From: Candidatus Saccharimonadota bacterium | Lineage (GTDB): Bacteria; Patescibacteriota; Saccharimonadia; Saccharimonadales; Saccharimonadaceae | Assembly: GCA_025349965.1 (NCBI GenBank) | Contig: CP075337.1 | Coordinates: 690,001-722,000 of the forward strand | Reading direction: 5' to 3' | DNA length: 32,000 nucleotides | Shown here: piece after piece, positions 1-7,383 of the stretch | How the letters are laid out: each line of letters starts with the position of its first letter | Numbering within the stretch: the first letter of the stretch is position 1 | Position numbers and translations under genes: made by a program | The notes under the pieces: generated by a model | Seen by the model: the letters and a program-made list of their open reading frames with translations, nothing else | Database searches by the model: none | Told to the model about the DNA's origin: nothing

Positions 1-155
1 TTCAAATCTTCTACCGCGGTCGTGAGATGGCGCACAAAGAACTCGGATACGACATGATCCAAAAAATTGGCACAATGCTTGAAGAAGAAGCTGTATTTGA
101 ACACCAGCCGCAAATGGCCGGCCGCAACTTGAGTGTTGTAGTTCGGAAGAAATAA
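1..155 (+). CDS. infC: Translation initiation factor IF-3, C-terminal fragment (5' end outside window)
   Basis: Frame 3 reads QIFYRGREMAHKELGYDMIQKIGTMLEEEAVFEHQPQMAGRNLSVVVRKK*, with the stop TAA at 153-155. This is the typical IF-3 C-terminal domain. It sits in the conserved position upstream of rpmI-rplT. Confidence 0.85.
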   Translation, partial: QIFYRGREMAHKELGYDMIQKIGTMLEEEAVFEHQPQMAGRNLSVVVRKK

Positions 156-343
156 CCGAACACCACCCTGGTAAACAGGGTACCAATGGAATTCTGGGAG
201 GGATTCCGGCGCCGCTATGCCTACTCCGCATATGCGCAACTTACTCCAGCTACCTCCATGCGTTTCGTATGGGGCCGAAGGCGAAGAGTTAAAGATGACG
301 AAAAGATTCGCATCTAAAAAAGTACTAACAAAGGAGCATAACA

Positions 344-538
344 ATGCCTAAGCTAAAGACCCACAAGGGAACAGCAAAGCGTATCAAGGTTACCAGCACT
401 GGTAAGCTTACACGTCGTCGCGCGTTTGGCGCTCACCTTCTCGCAAAGAAGAGCAAGAGCCGCAAGCGTCGCATCAACACTACCGCTGAAATCACTGGTG
501 GTGAACGTAAAAATATTAAACGAGCCCTAGGAATTTAA
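344..538 (+). CDS. rpmI: 50S ribosomal protein L35
   Basis: 64 aa starting [22 protein letters not shown], basic throughout. SD AAGGAG lies 8 nt upstream. Conserved infC-rpmI-rplT order. Confidence 0.97.
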   Translation: MPKLKTHKGTAKRIKVTSTGKLTRRRAFGAHLLAKKSKSRKRRINTTAEITGGERKNIKRALGI

Positions 539-540
539 TT

Positions 541-885
541 ATGCGAGTCAAACGAGGAGTTACAGCACGTAACCGACACAAAAAGATTTTGGCACAAGCA
601 AAGGGTATGCAGCACAACCGCACCCGTAGTTTCCGTCTTGCGAAGCAAGCAGTAACTCGTGCGCTTGAATACCAGTACCGCGACCGTCGCAACAAGAAGC
701 GCGACCTCCGCTCGCTCTGGATTACACGTATCAACGCTGCTGCGCGCCTAGAAGGTACTACTTATGGAAAGCTTATCGCTGGCCTTAAGGCTTCTGGTGT
801 AGAAGTTGACCGTAAGGTGCTTGCAGAGCTTGCAGTAAACGAACCTGCAGCTTTCAAGGCTATCGTTGCAACAGTAATTAAGTAG
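541..885 (+). CDS. rplT: 50S ribosomal protein L20
   Basis: 114 aa starting [22 protein letters not shown], with [10 protein letters not shown]. Begins 2 nt after the rpmI stop. Confidence 0.97.
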   Translation: MRVKRGVTARNRHKKILAQAKGMQHNRTRSFRLAKQAVTRALEYQYRDRRNKKRDLRSLWITRINAAARLEGTTYGKLIAGLKASGVEVDRKVLAELAVNEPAAFKAIVATVIK

Positions 886-908
886 TTCTACTTCTTACAA
901 CTAAAAAG

Positions 909-932
909 CTCCGCTGAAATGCGGAGTTTTTT
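909..932 (+). terminator. Rho-independent terminator of the rpmI-rplT operon
   Basis: Stem CTCCGC (909-914) pairs with GCGGAG (921-926), loop TGAAAT, followed by a T6 run. Confidence 0.8.
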
Positions 933-936
933 AGTT

Positions 937-1319
937 GGCAGCAGGCCTATAAGCCGGGTTTTGTCGTGGACGATCATCTATCTAGTTACACCATTGCTGA
1001 TATACTCAAGCGGGTATCGGTTCAGCGAGCGGAACACTCTTCATGCTGGACCTCCTTGCAGCCGACAGGGTTTACCTTCCCCCCATGTCACCATGGGGCG
1101 CTGTGGGCTCTTACCCCACTCTTTTCACCCTTACCTCAGGTGTGCTCGCCGAGCCTTCGGTGTTAAGCCATTGACCTTGCGGGCGCCTGTTACGAGGCGG
1201 TATTGTTTCTGTGGCACTTTCCCTAGGGTTACCCCCGGTCGCCGTTAGCGACTGTCGTATCCTTTGCTGCCCGGACTTTCCTCTTGCAGTAGCTGCAAGC
1301 GATCGCCTAGCGAGCTGCC
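937..1319 (-). ncRNA. rnpB: RNase P RNA, bacterial type A
   Basis: The reverse complement contains GAGGAAAGTCCGGGC, GGGTAACCCTAGGGAAAGTGCCACAGAAA, GGTAAGGGTGAAAAGAGTGGGGTAAGAGCCCACAGCG, GGTAAACCC and the 3' ACAAAACCCGGCTTATAGG. The P1 helix pairs GGCAGC (5') with GCTGCC (3'). Length is about 383 nt. End coordinates are accurate to roughly 5 nt. Confidence 0.93.
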
Positions 1320-1339
1320 TATGATTTATTTTAGCACAA

Positions 1340-2248
1340 TTACAGGGTCGTGAGGACCTGCTCGCCTACCGCTTTCATCTCTTTAATATGTTGATCAAGC
1401 ACCTTATTCACCACACCATCCGCAAGTTGGTTGTAATTTCTCGTAACATGGGCAAAGCGCACGCGATCAAATTGCTCGGTCAGAAGACGAATGCGTTCAT
1501 GCACCGGCCAGAGTTCGCGGTTCTTTATTTTATAAATACCCTTCATCTGGTTCACAACAAGCATACTATCGAGCCGACACTCAAGTGTGCGATACCCAAG
1601 CTCAAGTGCCTTCTCTAACCCAAGCAAGAGACCGTGGTACTCGGCGACATTATTTGTCGCGACGCCCAAATACTCACCGCCTGAGGCGAGCTGTACACCA
1701 TCACCGTCCATGATGACAAACCCTGCCGCCGAAGGCCCGGGATTCCCTCGAGACCCACCATCGGAGTATAAAATAATATTTGATTCTGTTGTTTTTTTAT
1801 CAGCATTTTTATCTGATTTCGCTAATGCTTTATCTGTTATTTCTTCTTGTTGGATAATCCCAAGTAAAAGCTGCGTTAAATCAGTTAATTCATTCTGTTG
1901 TAAATTTGTCCCAGAGTACCATTTGTACTTATTGTAGTTTCCACTGAGTTGCATAGGGTGCCGCTGGGGCGAAAGTGTCACATTATATACTAAAACACCA
2001 TACTGTATATCGCGATCATCATGATCAATATACGTAACAGCATCAAACAATTGAGCGGATTGAATATGAATACCGGCGTCATCATGGAGATACCGACGAA
2101 GCGCATCTTCTGGCTGTTCACCATACGAAAGCTTCCCGCCCGGAAGCTCGTACTTGCCAAGAATTGACTCACGCCCGTTACTTCTCTTTAGCAGAAGGGT
2201 TTTAGACTCTTCACTGATGATGGCCCTGACTGAAAGCTTTTGTTTCAT
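1340..2248 (-). CDS. Two-domain protein: N-terminal Nudix-fold domain (degenerate Nudix box) fused to C-terminal RNase HI domain
   Basis: 302 aa. Nudix-like box GKLSYGEQPEDALRRYLHDDAGI, where RE..EE is replaced by RY..DD. A Lys/Asp-rich linker follows. The RNase H type-1 motifs are SDGGSRGNPGP, NNVAEYHGLL, RLDSMLVV and NQLADGVVNKVL (DEDD set present). SD AAAGGGG lies 5 nt upstream of the ATG. Confidence 0.8.
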   Translation of the reverse strand: MKQKLSVRAIISEESKTLLLKRSNGRESILGKYELPGGKLSYGEQPEDALRRYLHDDAGIHIQSAQLFDAVTYIDHDDRDIQYGVLVYNVTLSPQRHPMQLSGNYNKYKWYSGTNLQQNELTDLTQLLLGIIQQEEITDKALAKSDKNADKKTTESNIILYSDGGSRGNPGPSAAGFVIMDGDGVQLASGGEYLGVATNNVAEYHGLLLGLEKALELGYRTLECRLDSMLVVNQMKGIYKIKNRELWPVHERIRLLTEQFDRVRFAHVTRNYNQLADGVVNKVLDQHIKEMKAVGEQVLTTL

Positions 2249-2261
2249 ACTACCCCTTTCA

Positions 2262-3506
2262 TTATCGAGTCACCCTAAAGCCGAGTGCAGGCGCGGCTAT
2301 TCCGGACGGAGGGTAGCCCATGCCCGCCATAAAAATCCCCGAGTCAAGAGCCGAACCTACACTTCCACCCCTCAGTACAGCCCTAGACGCATCGTTGTCA
2401 TAAATACGAGTCACCCCCGACCCTATTCCCTGAAGACTCCCCCAATCCATTGCATCCTTATTGCCAAACGCTGGGAATGAACTAAAGTGCTGATATGGCT
2501 GCAGGCCTGGTGTATTGGAGCGCACAACCATTGGATTGCCCGTAGCGGTAGGCGCCGCATCTCCGGCGTTAAGTACCCGGCTCGTCCACTCATACACATT
2601 CCCCGCAAGATCCCAAATTGTTTCACCGTTCGAGAATTTAAGTGTACGACGTTGGTCTACATCATTTGTTGTGCCACTGTAACCATCGGCGTCATTTGTA
2701 CTTGCCGCAATAATTGTCGATGCGACTGCATTACCCCTGTACATAAAGTTGCTCCCTACGGCTGCACCATACCAATTCTCAGGTTGCGCCATAAGATTAT
2801 ATGCGATAGTGAGCCACTCACTGTCGGAGATAAGATGACATCCCGCACACGCGGCGCGCGCCCTCTCTATGGCTTGAGCTTGGGTAATATTCCCCCATGG
2901 CGTGCCACTCGCACGTGATTCGGGTATAAATGACGAATTATAGGCAGTTGACCCGTCGTCATTTCCTTGAATTTTCGCCTCGTACTTCATGACACAAAAG
3001 CTCTTTTGGTTAAGTAGCGAGCTTCCAGGGGCGGCGACGTACCCCGTCGGGCACTTGAGCGACGCAGCAGTCACTGCTGTTGGGCCACTATGCCCATTAC
3101 ACGGTACGTCGGGAATAAACTCGTTAATAGAAGTCCGAATACCTGCAATATGACCAGCCTTTGCTGCCGCACCCGTCCCCTGCACTGCGGTGATGCAGAA
3201 ATTTGGTGCGTATTTAAAAGGGTTTACCGTATACTGAAGCTTTATACCGTCTGTGTCCTGAACCTCCGCCTCGGCGAGCGTCGCTGGATACACACCCTTC
3301 TTCAGAGCATACTCCGCTACGACTTTTTTAGCGGCCTGGTCTAAGCTTGCCGCGATTGCCGAAGATGATGCCTGCTTTGTGATGCCATTATAGGCAACAA
3401 TAGTTATTGTCGCCAAGATTGCAATAACAACAATAACAATCAAAAGCTCAATGATTGTGAATCCTTTTCTACTGCCGTGTTGTGTATTGTTTATTTTTTG
3501 CTTCAT
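2262..3506 (-). CDS. Type IV pilin-like protein with C-terminal FGE/SUMF1-sulfatase-like domain
   Basis: The start is moved to the internal ATG at 3506, giving MKQKINNTQHGSRKG/FTIIELLIVIVVIAILA, a class III prepilin signal with Glu+5. A pilin head with a Cys pair follows. The C-terminal ~250 aa carry FCVMKYEA, GTPW, CAGCHLISDSEW, WDLAGNVYEWT, LRGGS and GFRVTR. The upstream extension of the track ORF (to 3566) has no support. Confidence 0.8.
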   Translation of the reverse strand: MKQKINNTQHGSRKGFTIIELLIVIVVIAILATITIVAYNGITKQASSSAIAASLDQAAKKVVAEYALKKGVYPATLAEAEVQDTDGIKLQYTVNPFKYAPNFCITAVQGTGAAAKAGHIAGIRTSINEFIPDVPCNGHSGPTAVTAASLKCPTGYVAAPGSSLLNQKSFCVMKYEAKIQGNDDGSTAYNSSFIPESRASGTPWGNITQAQAIERARAACAGCHLISDSEWLTIAYNLMAQPENWYGAAVGSNFMYRGNAVASTIIAASTNDADGYSGTTNDVDQRRTLKFSNGETIWDLAGNVYEWTSRVLNAGDAAPTATGNPMVVRSNTPGLQPYQHFSSFPAFGNKDAMDWGSLQGIGSGVTRIYDNDASRAVLRGGSVGSALDSGIFMAGMGYPPSGIAAPALGFRVTR

Positions 3507-3564
3507 ATAGCTATGTATGAACCTTATGCTTATTCTAGCACATCTCAACAAAAGAAAATCAAAC

Positions 3565-3586
3565 AAAAAAGTCGCCTAATGGCGAC
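3565..3586 (-). terminator. Rho-independent terminator (minus strand)
   Basis: Minus strand reads GTCGCC-ATTA-GGCGAC followed by TTTTTT. It lies ~195 nt downstream of the M50 protease stop and upstream of the pilin-FGE promoter (TGCTAGAAT extended -10). Confidence 0.7.
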
Positions 3587-3781
3587 GAGCGCAGAGCATC
3601 ATAAAACCCAGGTTCAATTCTTGACGCGCTGATGTTTCCCCGCGTATATGCAAGGTGGGTATCCGCAAAACGTCCCCACGGGGGCGAATCATTAGGATTC
3701 CCTCATCAATGATATCGGAAAATCATTTACGCCAAGGTTCCCCTGGGTACTTCTTATTGTAGCATTCCAGCGAGACGGGGG

Positions 3782-4435
3782 CTAGAGCCTGAATATAGTA
3801 GTAAACACATCAATAAAGAACTGGATAACAGTACCTAGATACGTGCCAAGTGCCGCACTCGCAAGGAGTACAAATGCGAACACAAAGATAATACCAAACT
3901 GCTCTATGAAACGCATTCCTTTACGGACAAACTCTGGTGCAAGCGCATATAGCACGCGCGACCCATCAAGCGGCGGGATTGGAAGCATATTAAAGACGAA
4001 GAATCCTAGATTCACCGTTACCATGGTCATAACAATCAAGCCCGGAATTGTTGCAGCAAAGCCGGCAGGGGTAATAAGGCCCAGTAGCACGCCCGCTCCA
4101 AAGGCAATGAAGGCAATAAATAGATTTGTAAGAGGCCCTCCGAGCGCAACGAGCGCAGCACCCCAGTCGCCACCCTTTACCCTGTCGGGGCGAAATGGAA
4201 CTGGTTTCGCACCACCAAAAATAGGCGCCCCTACAAGTGCGAGCATAACCGGAAGAATGATCGTAAGAAAGGGGTCAATATGCTTAATAGGGTTAAGAGT
4301 AAGCCTCCCCTCCTCCTTGGCGGTGGTATCGCCAAGCCAATAGCTCACAAAAGCGTGCATTGCTTCATGAAGGGTCATTGAGATAAGGATTGCGCCGAGG
4401 ACAATGGCGATGTGAAGAAGAATATCTGGGGTCAT
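3782..4435 (-). CDS. Site-2 protease family (M50) integral membrane metalloprotease
   Basis: 217 aa and polytopic. HEAMH zinc motif in TM1 (LHEAMHAF), with NMLPIPPLDGSRVL as the second motif. Confidence 0.85.
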   Translation of the reverse strand: MTPDILLHIAIVLGAILISMTLHEAMHAFVSYWLGDTTAKEEGRLTLNPIKHIDPFLTIILPVMLALVGAPIFGGAKPVPFRPDRVKGGDWGAALVALGGPLTNLFIAFIAFGAGVLLGLITPAGFAATIPGLIVMTMVTVNLGFFVFNMLPIPPLDGSRVLYALAPEFVRKGMRFIEQFGIIFVFAFVLLASAALGTYLGTVIQFFIDVFTTIFRL

Positions 4436-4477
4436 ATACCTTTATTGTAACAAATCCCCCACTTTTCATACACCACC

Positions 4478-4506
4478 TTGACTATTTGGCTCAAAAAAGG
4501 TAGAAT
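4478..4506 (+). promoter_or_regulatory. Sigma-70-type promoter for rpmB
   Basis: TTGACT (4478-4483), 17 nt spacer, TAGAAT (4501-4506). It lies ~45 nt upstream of the rpmB ATG, which has SD AAGGAG. Confidence 0.6.
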
Positions 4507-4552
4507 TAACCCTAGTGTCCTAATAGTCTTTTTTAGACAAGGAGTTAATAAT

Positions 4553-4747
4553 ATGGCAGCACGATGTGAACTTACCGGAAAAGGTAAGCAATTCGGCAAC
4601 AACGTGAGCTTCTCACTACGTCGCACAAAGCGCGTATTTAAGCCAAATCTTCAGAAGAAGACCTTCATGGTTGACGGAAAGAAGGTTACTATGGTTCTAA
4701 GTACCCACGCGATCCGTACGCTTAAGAAGAAGGGCGTTCTTGCTTAA
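4553..4747 (+). CDS. rpmB: 50S ribosomal protein L28
   Basis: 64 aa starting MAARCELTGKGKQFGNNVSFSLRRTKRVFKPNLQKK. Start set at the internal ATG at 4553, preceded by AAGGAG. Confidence 0.95.
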   Translation: MAARCELTGKGKQFGNNVSFSLRRTKRVFKPNLQKKTFMVDGKKVTMVLSTHAIRTLKKKGVLA

Positions 4748-4750
4748 ATA

Positions 4751-4780
4751 AAAATCCCACCATTACGGTGGGATTTTTAT
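4751..4780. terminator. Bidirectional rho-independent terminator (rpmB / convergent MBL-like gene)
   Basis: AAAAATCCCACC-ATTAC-GGTGGGATTTTT. A-run and T-run flank the stem, so it can act on both strands. Confidence 0.8.
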
Positions 4781-4798
4781 TTGTATTAGTAGCACTAT

Positions 4799-5452
4799 TT
4801 ACGAGCGAGTAACTTTAACCACCGTCAGTGATGCAGGAAGTGCACCTGCCGTCTTAAGCTTATATTTACTGGTTTCTTCAACATCCACACCGAGATTCTT
4901 GGTGAACTCATCGAGCTCAAGCTGCGGTACTTCATACTTCAGGCCAGCTTCTGCATAGTGCACCGGAATGACTACCTTTGGATCAATACTGCGCACCAGA
5001 GTTGCAGCAGCAGTTGGGTCAAGTGTGTAGCCACTTCCACCCACAGGAATGATTACTACATCAACAACACCAATTTCCTCAAGCTGGTCATCAGTGAGCT
5101 TTTCATAGATATTACCAAAAAGCGCAATGCGCACGCCGTCTACCTCAATACGATACATTGTACCAATCTTTGGTTCAGTTTCTGCGTCAAGATGACGCTG
5201 AGCGGCAATACCCTTAATGTCAAAATCGGCAACACCATACTCTCCAGGACCTTCGATGACGAGCGTCGCACCATCAACACCAACACCCGCGCCGCTGCTC
5301 ATCCCAAAACGAGCCTCTGTAAGAAGCTCAACCGAGCCCTTCACTGAAACATCCTTCAGACCCACAAGCGATGCCTTTGGATCAGCTACAATTGACGCCT
5401 TCTTTGTTGAAATAACTACCGAATTTCCGCCTTTATACTCAATTTCTACCAT
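4799..5452 (-). CDS. MBL-fold (UPF0173-like) protein lacking the metal-binding residues
   Basis: 217 aa. Colinear with UPF0173 metallo-beta-lactamase-fold hydrolases: IEYKGGNSVVIST..IVADP at the start and DVVIIPVGG..DP..AA..V..IDPKVVIPVHY at the end. The HxHxDH position reads LLTEARFG, and the first HGHS position reads KGGNS. Confidence 0.6.
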   Translation of the reverse strand: MVEIEYKGGNSVVISTKKASIVADPKASLVGLKDVSVKGSVELLTEARFGMSSGAGVGVDGATLVIEGPGEYGVADFDIKGIAAQRHLDAETEPKIGTMYRIEVDGVRIALFGNIYEKLTDDQLEEIGVVDVVIIPVGGSGYTLDPTAAATLVRSIDPKVVIPVHYAEAGLKYEVPQLELDEFTKNLGVDVEETSKYKLKTAGALPASLTVVKVTRS

Positions 5453-5454
5453 AT

Positions 5455-6111
5455 TTACTCCTTACCTGACGCACTGTCTTTACTGTCTTTTTCCTGTTGC
5501 GGGCCCTTGCCACCACTGAGGACTGCATCTTTATCAACGGCCACGATATGTGGACCAGAAATAACCTGTGTAATGAATTTATCACGGATACTGAGGCGAT
5601 AATAGAACTCTTCGTACGGCAATACCGTGTAGTTGAGCTCACGGCCTTCAATCTTCTCAATAGCCGCCATCGCTGCATTCACCTTAGTAGACGCCAAAGA
5701 GCCAACCAAGAGAACGTCAATCGGTGAAGTTGACCCCTTCACAAGTACGCCCGCTACAAGTGCAAGACGAAGACTTGGAATCTCCTCAATAATTGAAATG
5801 CAGCGGTCCATAGAGGACACTGCGCCAACATCAATGGCACGCTCGCCCACCACAGCTTCACCAGCAAAGATACCACGAAGCGCCGTATAGAACTCGTAAC
5901 GCTGATTCACCTGATAGTAGAGCTTATTATCCGCCGTTTCACTTGTGATTACGCCCACCTCAAGCATGTTTGAAAGCTCACGACGGACTGAATTTATTTG
6001 TTCATCAATCAGACGGGTGATTTCACGAACATAGAAAGATTGACCAGGATGGTTCAAGAATAGGTGCAATAGTTTCACCCGTGTTTTTGAGCCGAACAAC
6101 TTATCTATCAT
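5455..6111 (-). CDS. Winged-helix (ArsR-like) DNA-binding protein with C-terminal nucleotidyltransferase-like domain
   Basis: 218 aa. The N-terminus KTRVKLLHLFLNHPGQSFYVREITRLIDEQINSVRRELSNMLEVGVI is a wHTH. The C-terminal GVLVKGSTSPIDVLLVG resembles a minimal NTase motif with only one acidic residue. Its stop is 2 nt from the MBL-like start. Confidence 0.6.
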   Translation of the reverse strand: MIDKLFGSKTRVKLLHLFLNHPGQSFYVREITRLIDEQINSVRRELSNMLEVGVITSETADNKLYYQVNQRYEFYTALRGIFAGEAVVGERAIDVGAVSSMDRCISIIEEIPSLRLALVAGVLVKGSTSPIDVLLVGSLASTKVNAAMAAIEKIEGRELNYTVLPYEEFYYRLSIRDKFITQVISGPHIVAVDKDAVLSGGKGPQQEKDSKDSASGKE

Positions 6112-6126
6112 TCCCCTATTTCCTGT

Positions 6127-7041
6127 TCACTTTTTATACTCTCTTATTCTAACACATCCAGCGCCCTCAAGGTGCTTCGCAATAAAATCAAATGCCTGTT
6201 CGCGCGACTTCCAGTGAATAAATGAATTGCGCTTAAGCCATGTCCGTTGACGTTTTGTGAGGCGCCAATCAGAAGTAACAAACCGCTCTTTGAGCTCTAC
6301 TTCGCCTATCTCACCATCAAGAAATAGCTTTACGAGTGGATATGCATTACCTGTCATAGCCTCAGAATCCCAACCATAGGCCTCACCAAGACGAACCGCC
6401 TCTTCAATCATGCCACCTTCAAAGAACTCCTCCGCACGTGTAGTGATGCGCTCGCGTAGCTCTTGCGGGTCTGTTGCAATTCCTACAATAAGTGTATTTT
6501 CCAGAGGTTGTCGTTGCCGATCTGTATTAATCACCCCCTGCTCCAAAACGCGCTGGAGATGTCTCCTATTGGTACTATTTTCAGGAAGCGGTATGCCGCT
6601 TTTCCTACAACGTTCCTGCAGCTCTTCTATACTGAGTTGCTCCAACTCTTTACGCAATGCAGGGTTTGGCGCGCCAAACTGATAATCAAAAACAACGCCA
6701 TCAACATATAATCCCGTGCCGCCAACAAGCATCGGAATATTCCCTCTCGCCCTAATCTCTTTGATCTTTTCGGTAGCATACCGCTTGAAATCCGCAGCAG
6801 TAAAGGTGTCGCCCGGAGTGGCAATATCAAGCCCCCAGTGAGGCACCTTCTGTCGATCGTCGGGCGTTGGCTTAGCAGTCCCAATGTCCATGTCCTTATA
6901 GACAGTACGAGAGTCGGCGGCAATAATTTCACCGCCAAACTGTTCGGCAATTTGCATTGCAACAGCAGATTTACCGCTCGCCGTTGGACCAACGATTACT
7001 ATCAATGGTGCATTTTTTGTTGTTTTTTTATCAACAGTCAT
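6127..7041 (-). CDS. miaA: tRNA dimethylallyltransferase
   Basis: 304 aa. P-loop GPTASGKS, then IIAADSRTVYKDMDIGTAKPT and VPHWGLD. Confidence 0.93.
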   Translation of the reverse strand: MTVDKKTTKNAPLIVIVGPTASGKSAVAMQIAEQFGGEIIAADSRTVYKDMDIGTAKPTPDDRQKVPHWGLDIATPGDTFTAADFKRYATEKIKEIRARGNIPMLVGGTGLYVDGVVFDYQFGAPNPALRKELEQLSIEELQERCRKSGIPLPENSTNRRHLQRVLEQGVINTDRQRQPLENTLIVGIATDPQELRERITTRAEEFFEGGMIEEAVRLGEAYGWDSEAMTGNAYPLVKLFLDGEIGEVELKERFVTSDWRLTKRQRTWLKRNSFIHWKSREQAFDFIAKHLEGAGCVRIREYKK

Positions 7042-7059
7042 ATCTATTACGCTTATGTT

Positions 7060-7380
7060 TTACGGTTTCCAGCGAAGTGCTGCAAAATTATCAATGATGT
7101 AATCTGTACAACTAATACCGTCCGCCTCAAGGTGAAGCCGCTGCGTCTCCATCCCACCCGGATAGCCCTTTGCAAGACCACCTTGACGATTCACCATCCG
7201 ATGCCATGGCAGCGCCGGGTTGCCATAATGGGCAATCCCACCCACAATCCGAGCCGCATACGGATGTCCTGCCAGCGCAGCAACATCGCCATAGGTCGTC
7301 ACCATGCCACCAGGCAATTGCGCCATGATGCGTTCAACATCTTGGCGAAACTGGCTTGATTCGGGCTTAGCGGCAGTCAT
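7060..7380 (-). CDS. Alkyltransferase-like (ATL) protein of the MGMT DNA-binding-domain family, without the acceptor cysteine
   Basis: 106 aa. TTYGDVAALAG..AARIVG..LPWHRMVN: the PCHR active site of O6-alkylguanine transferases reads PWHR, as in ATL proteins. Confidence 0.8.
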   Translation of the reverse strand: MTAAKPESSQFRQDVERIMAQLPGGMVTTYGDVAALAGHPYAARIVGGIAHYGNPALPWHRMVNRQGGLAKGYPGGMETQRLHLEADGISCTDYIIDNFAALRWKP

Positions 7381-7383
7381 ACG

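Noticed and set aside
217-348. 43-codon ORF inside the infC-rpmI spacer, overlapping the rpmI start
   Set aside because: It has no SD, overlaps the rpmI SD and start in another frame, and lies in a region better explained by RNA structure.
919-1248. Track ORFs 919-1248 (+) and 966-1166 (+), 109 and 66 aa
   Set aside because: They lie entirely within the RNase P RNA gene, on the opposite strand. They have Pro/Arg/Cys-rich low-complexity translations and no SD, so they are artefacts of a GC-rich structured RNA.
2262-3566. N-terminal extensions of several track ORFs (2262-3566, 11000-12727, 16275-17141, 17058-18053, 22390-22890, 4478-4747)
   Set aside because: The longest-ORF starts include TTG/GTG codons or add non-homologous residues ahead of canonical N-termini (prepilin signals, UppP MWHWLE, Xer MNEQKF, L28 MAARCEL). 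Internal ATGs with SDs or better spacing were used instead.
3587-3781. Assignment of the 3.6-3.8 kb and 10.0-10.3 kb non-coding regions to SRP RNA, tmRNA or 6S RNA
   Set aside because: I searched by eye for the SRP helix-8 signature (GGAA tetraloop with flanking AGCA/CAGG), the tmRNA tRNA-like ends (GGGG... and a T-arm plus ACCA) and known riboswitch cores. None was convincing. The regions are left as unassigned candidates rather than named.
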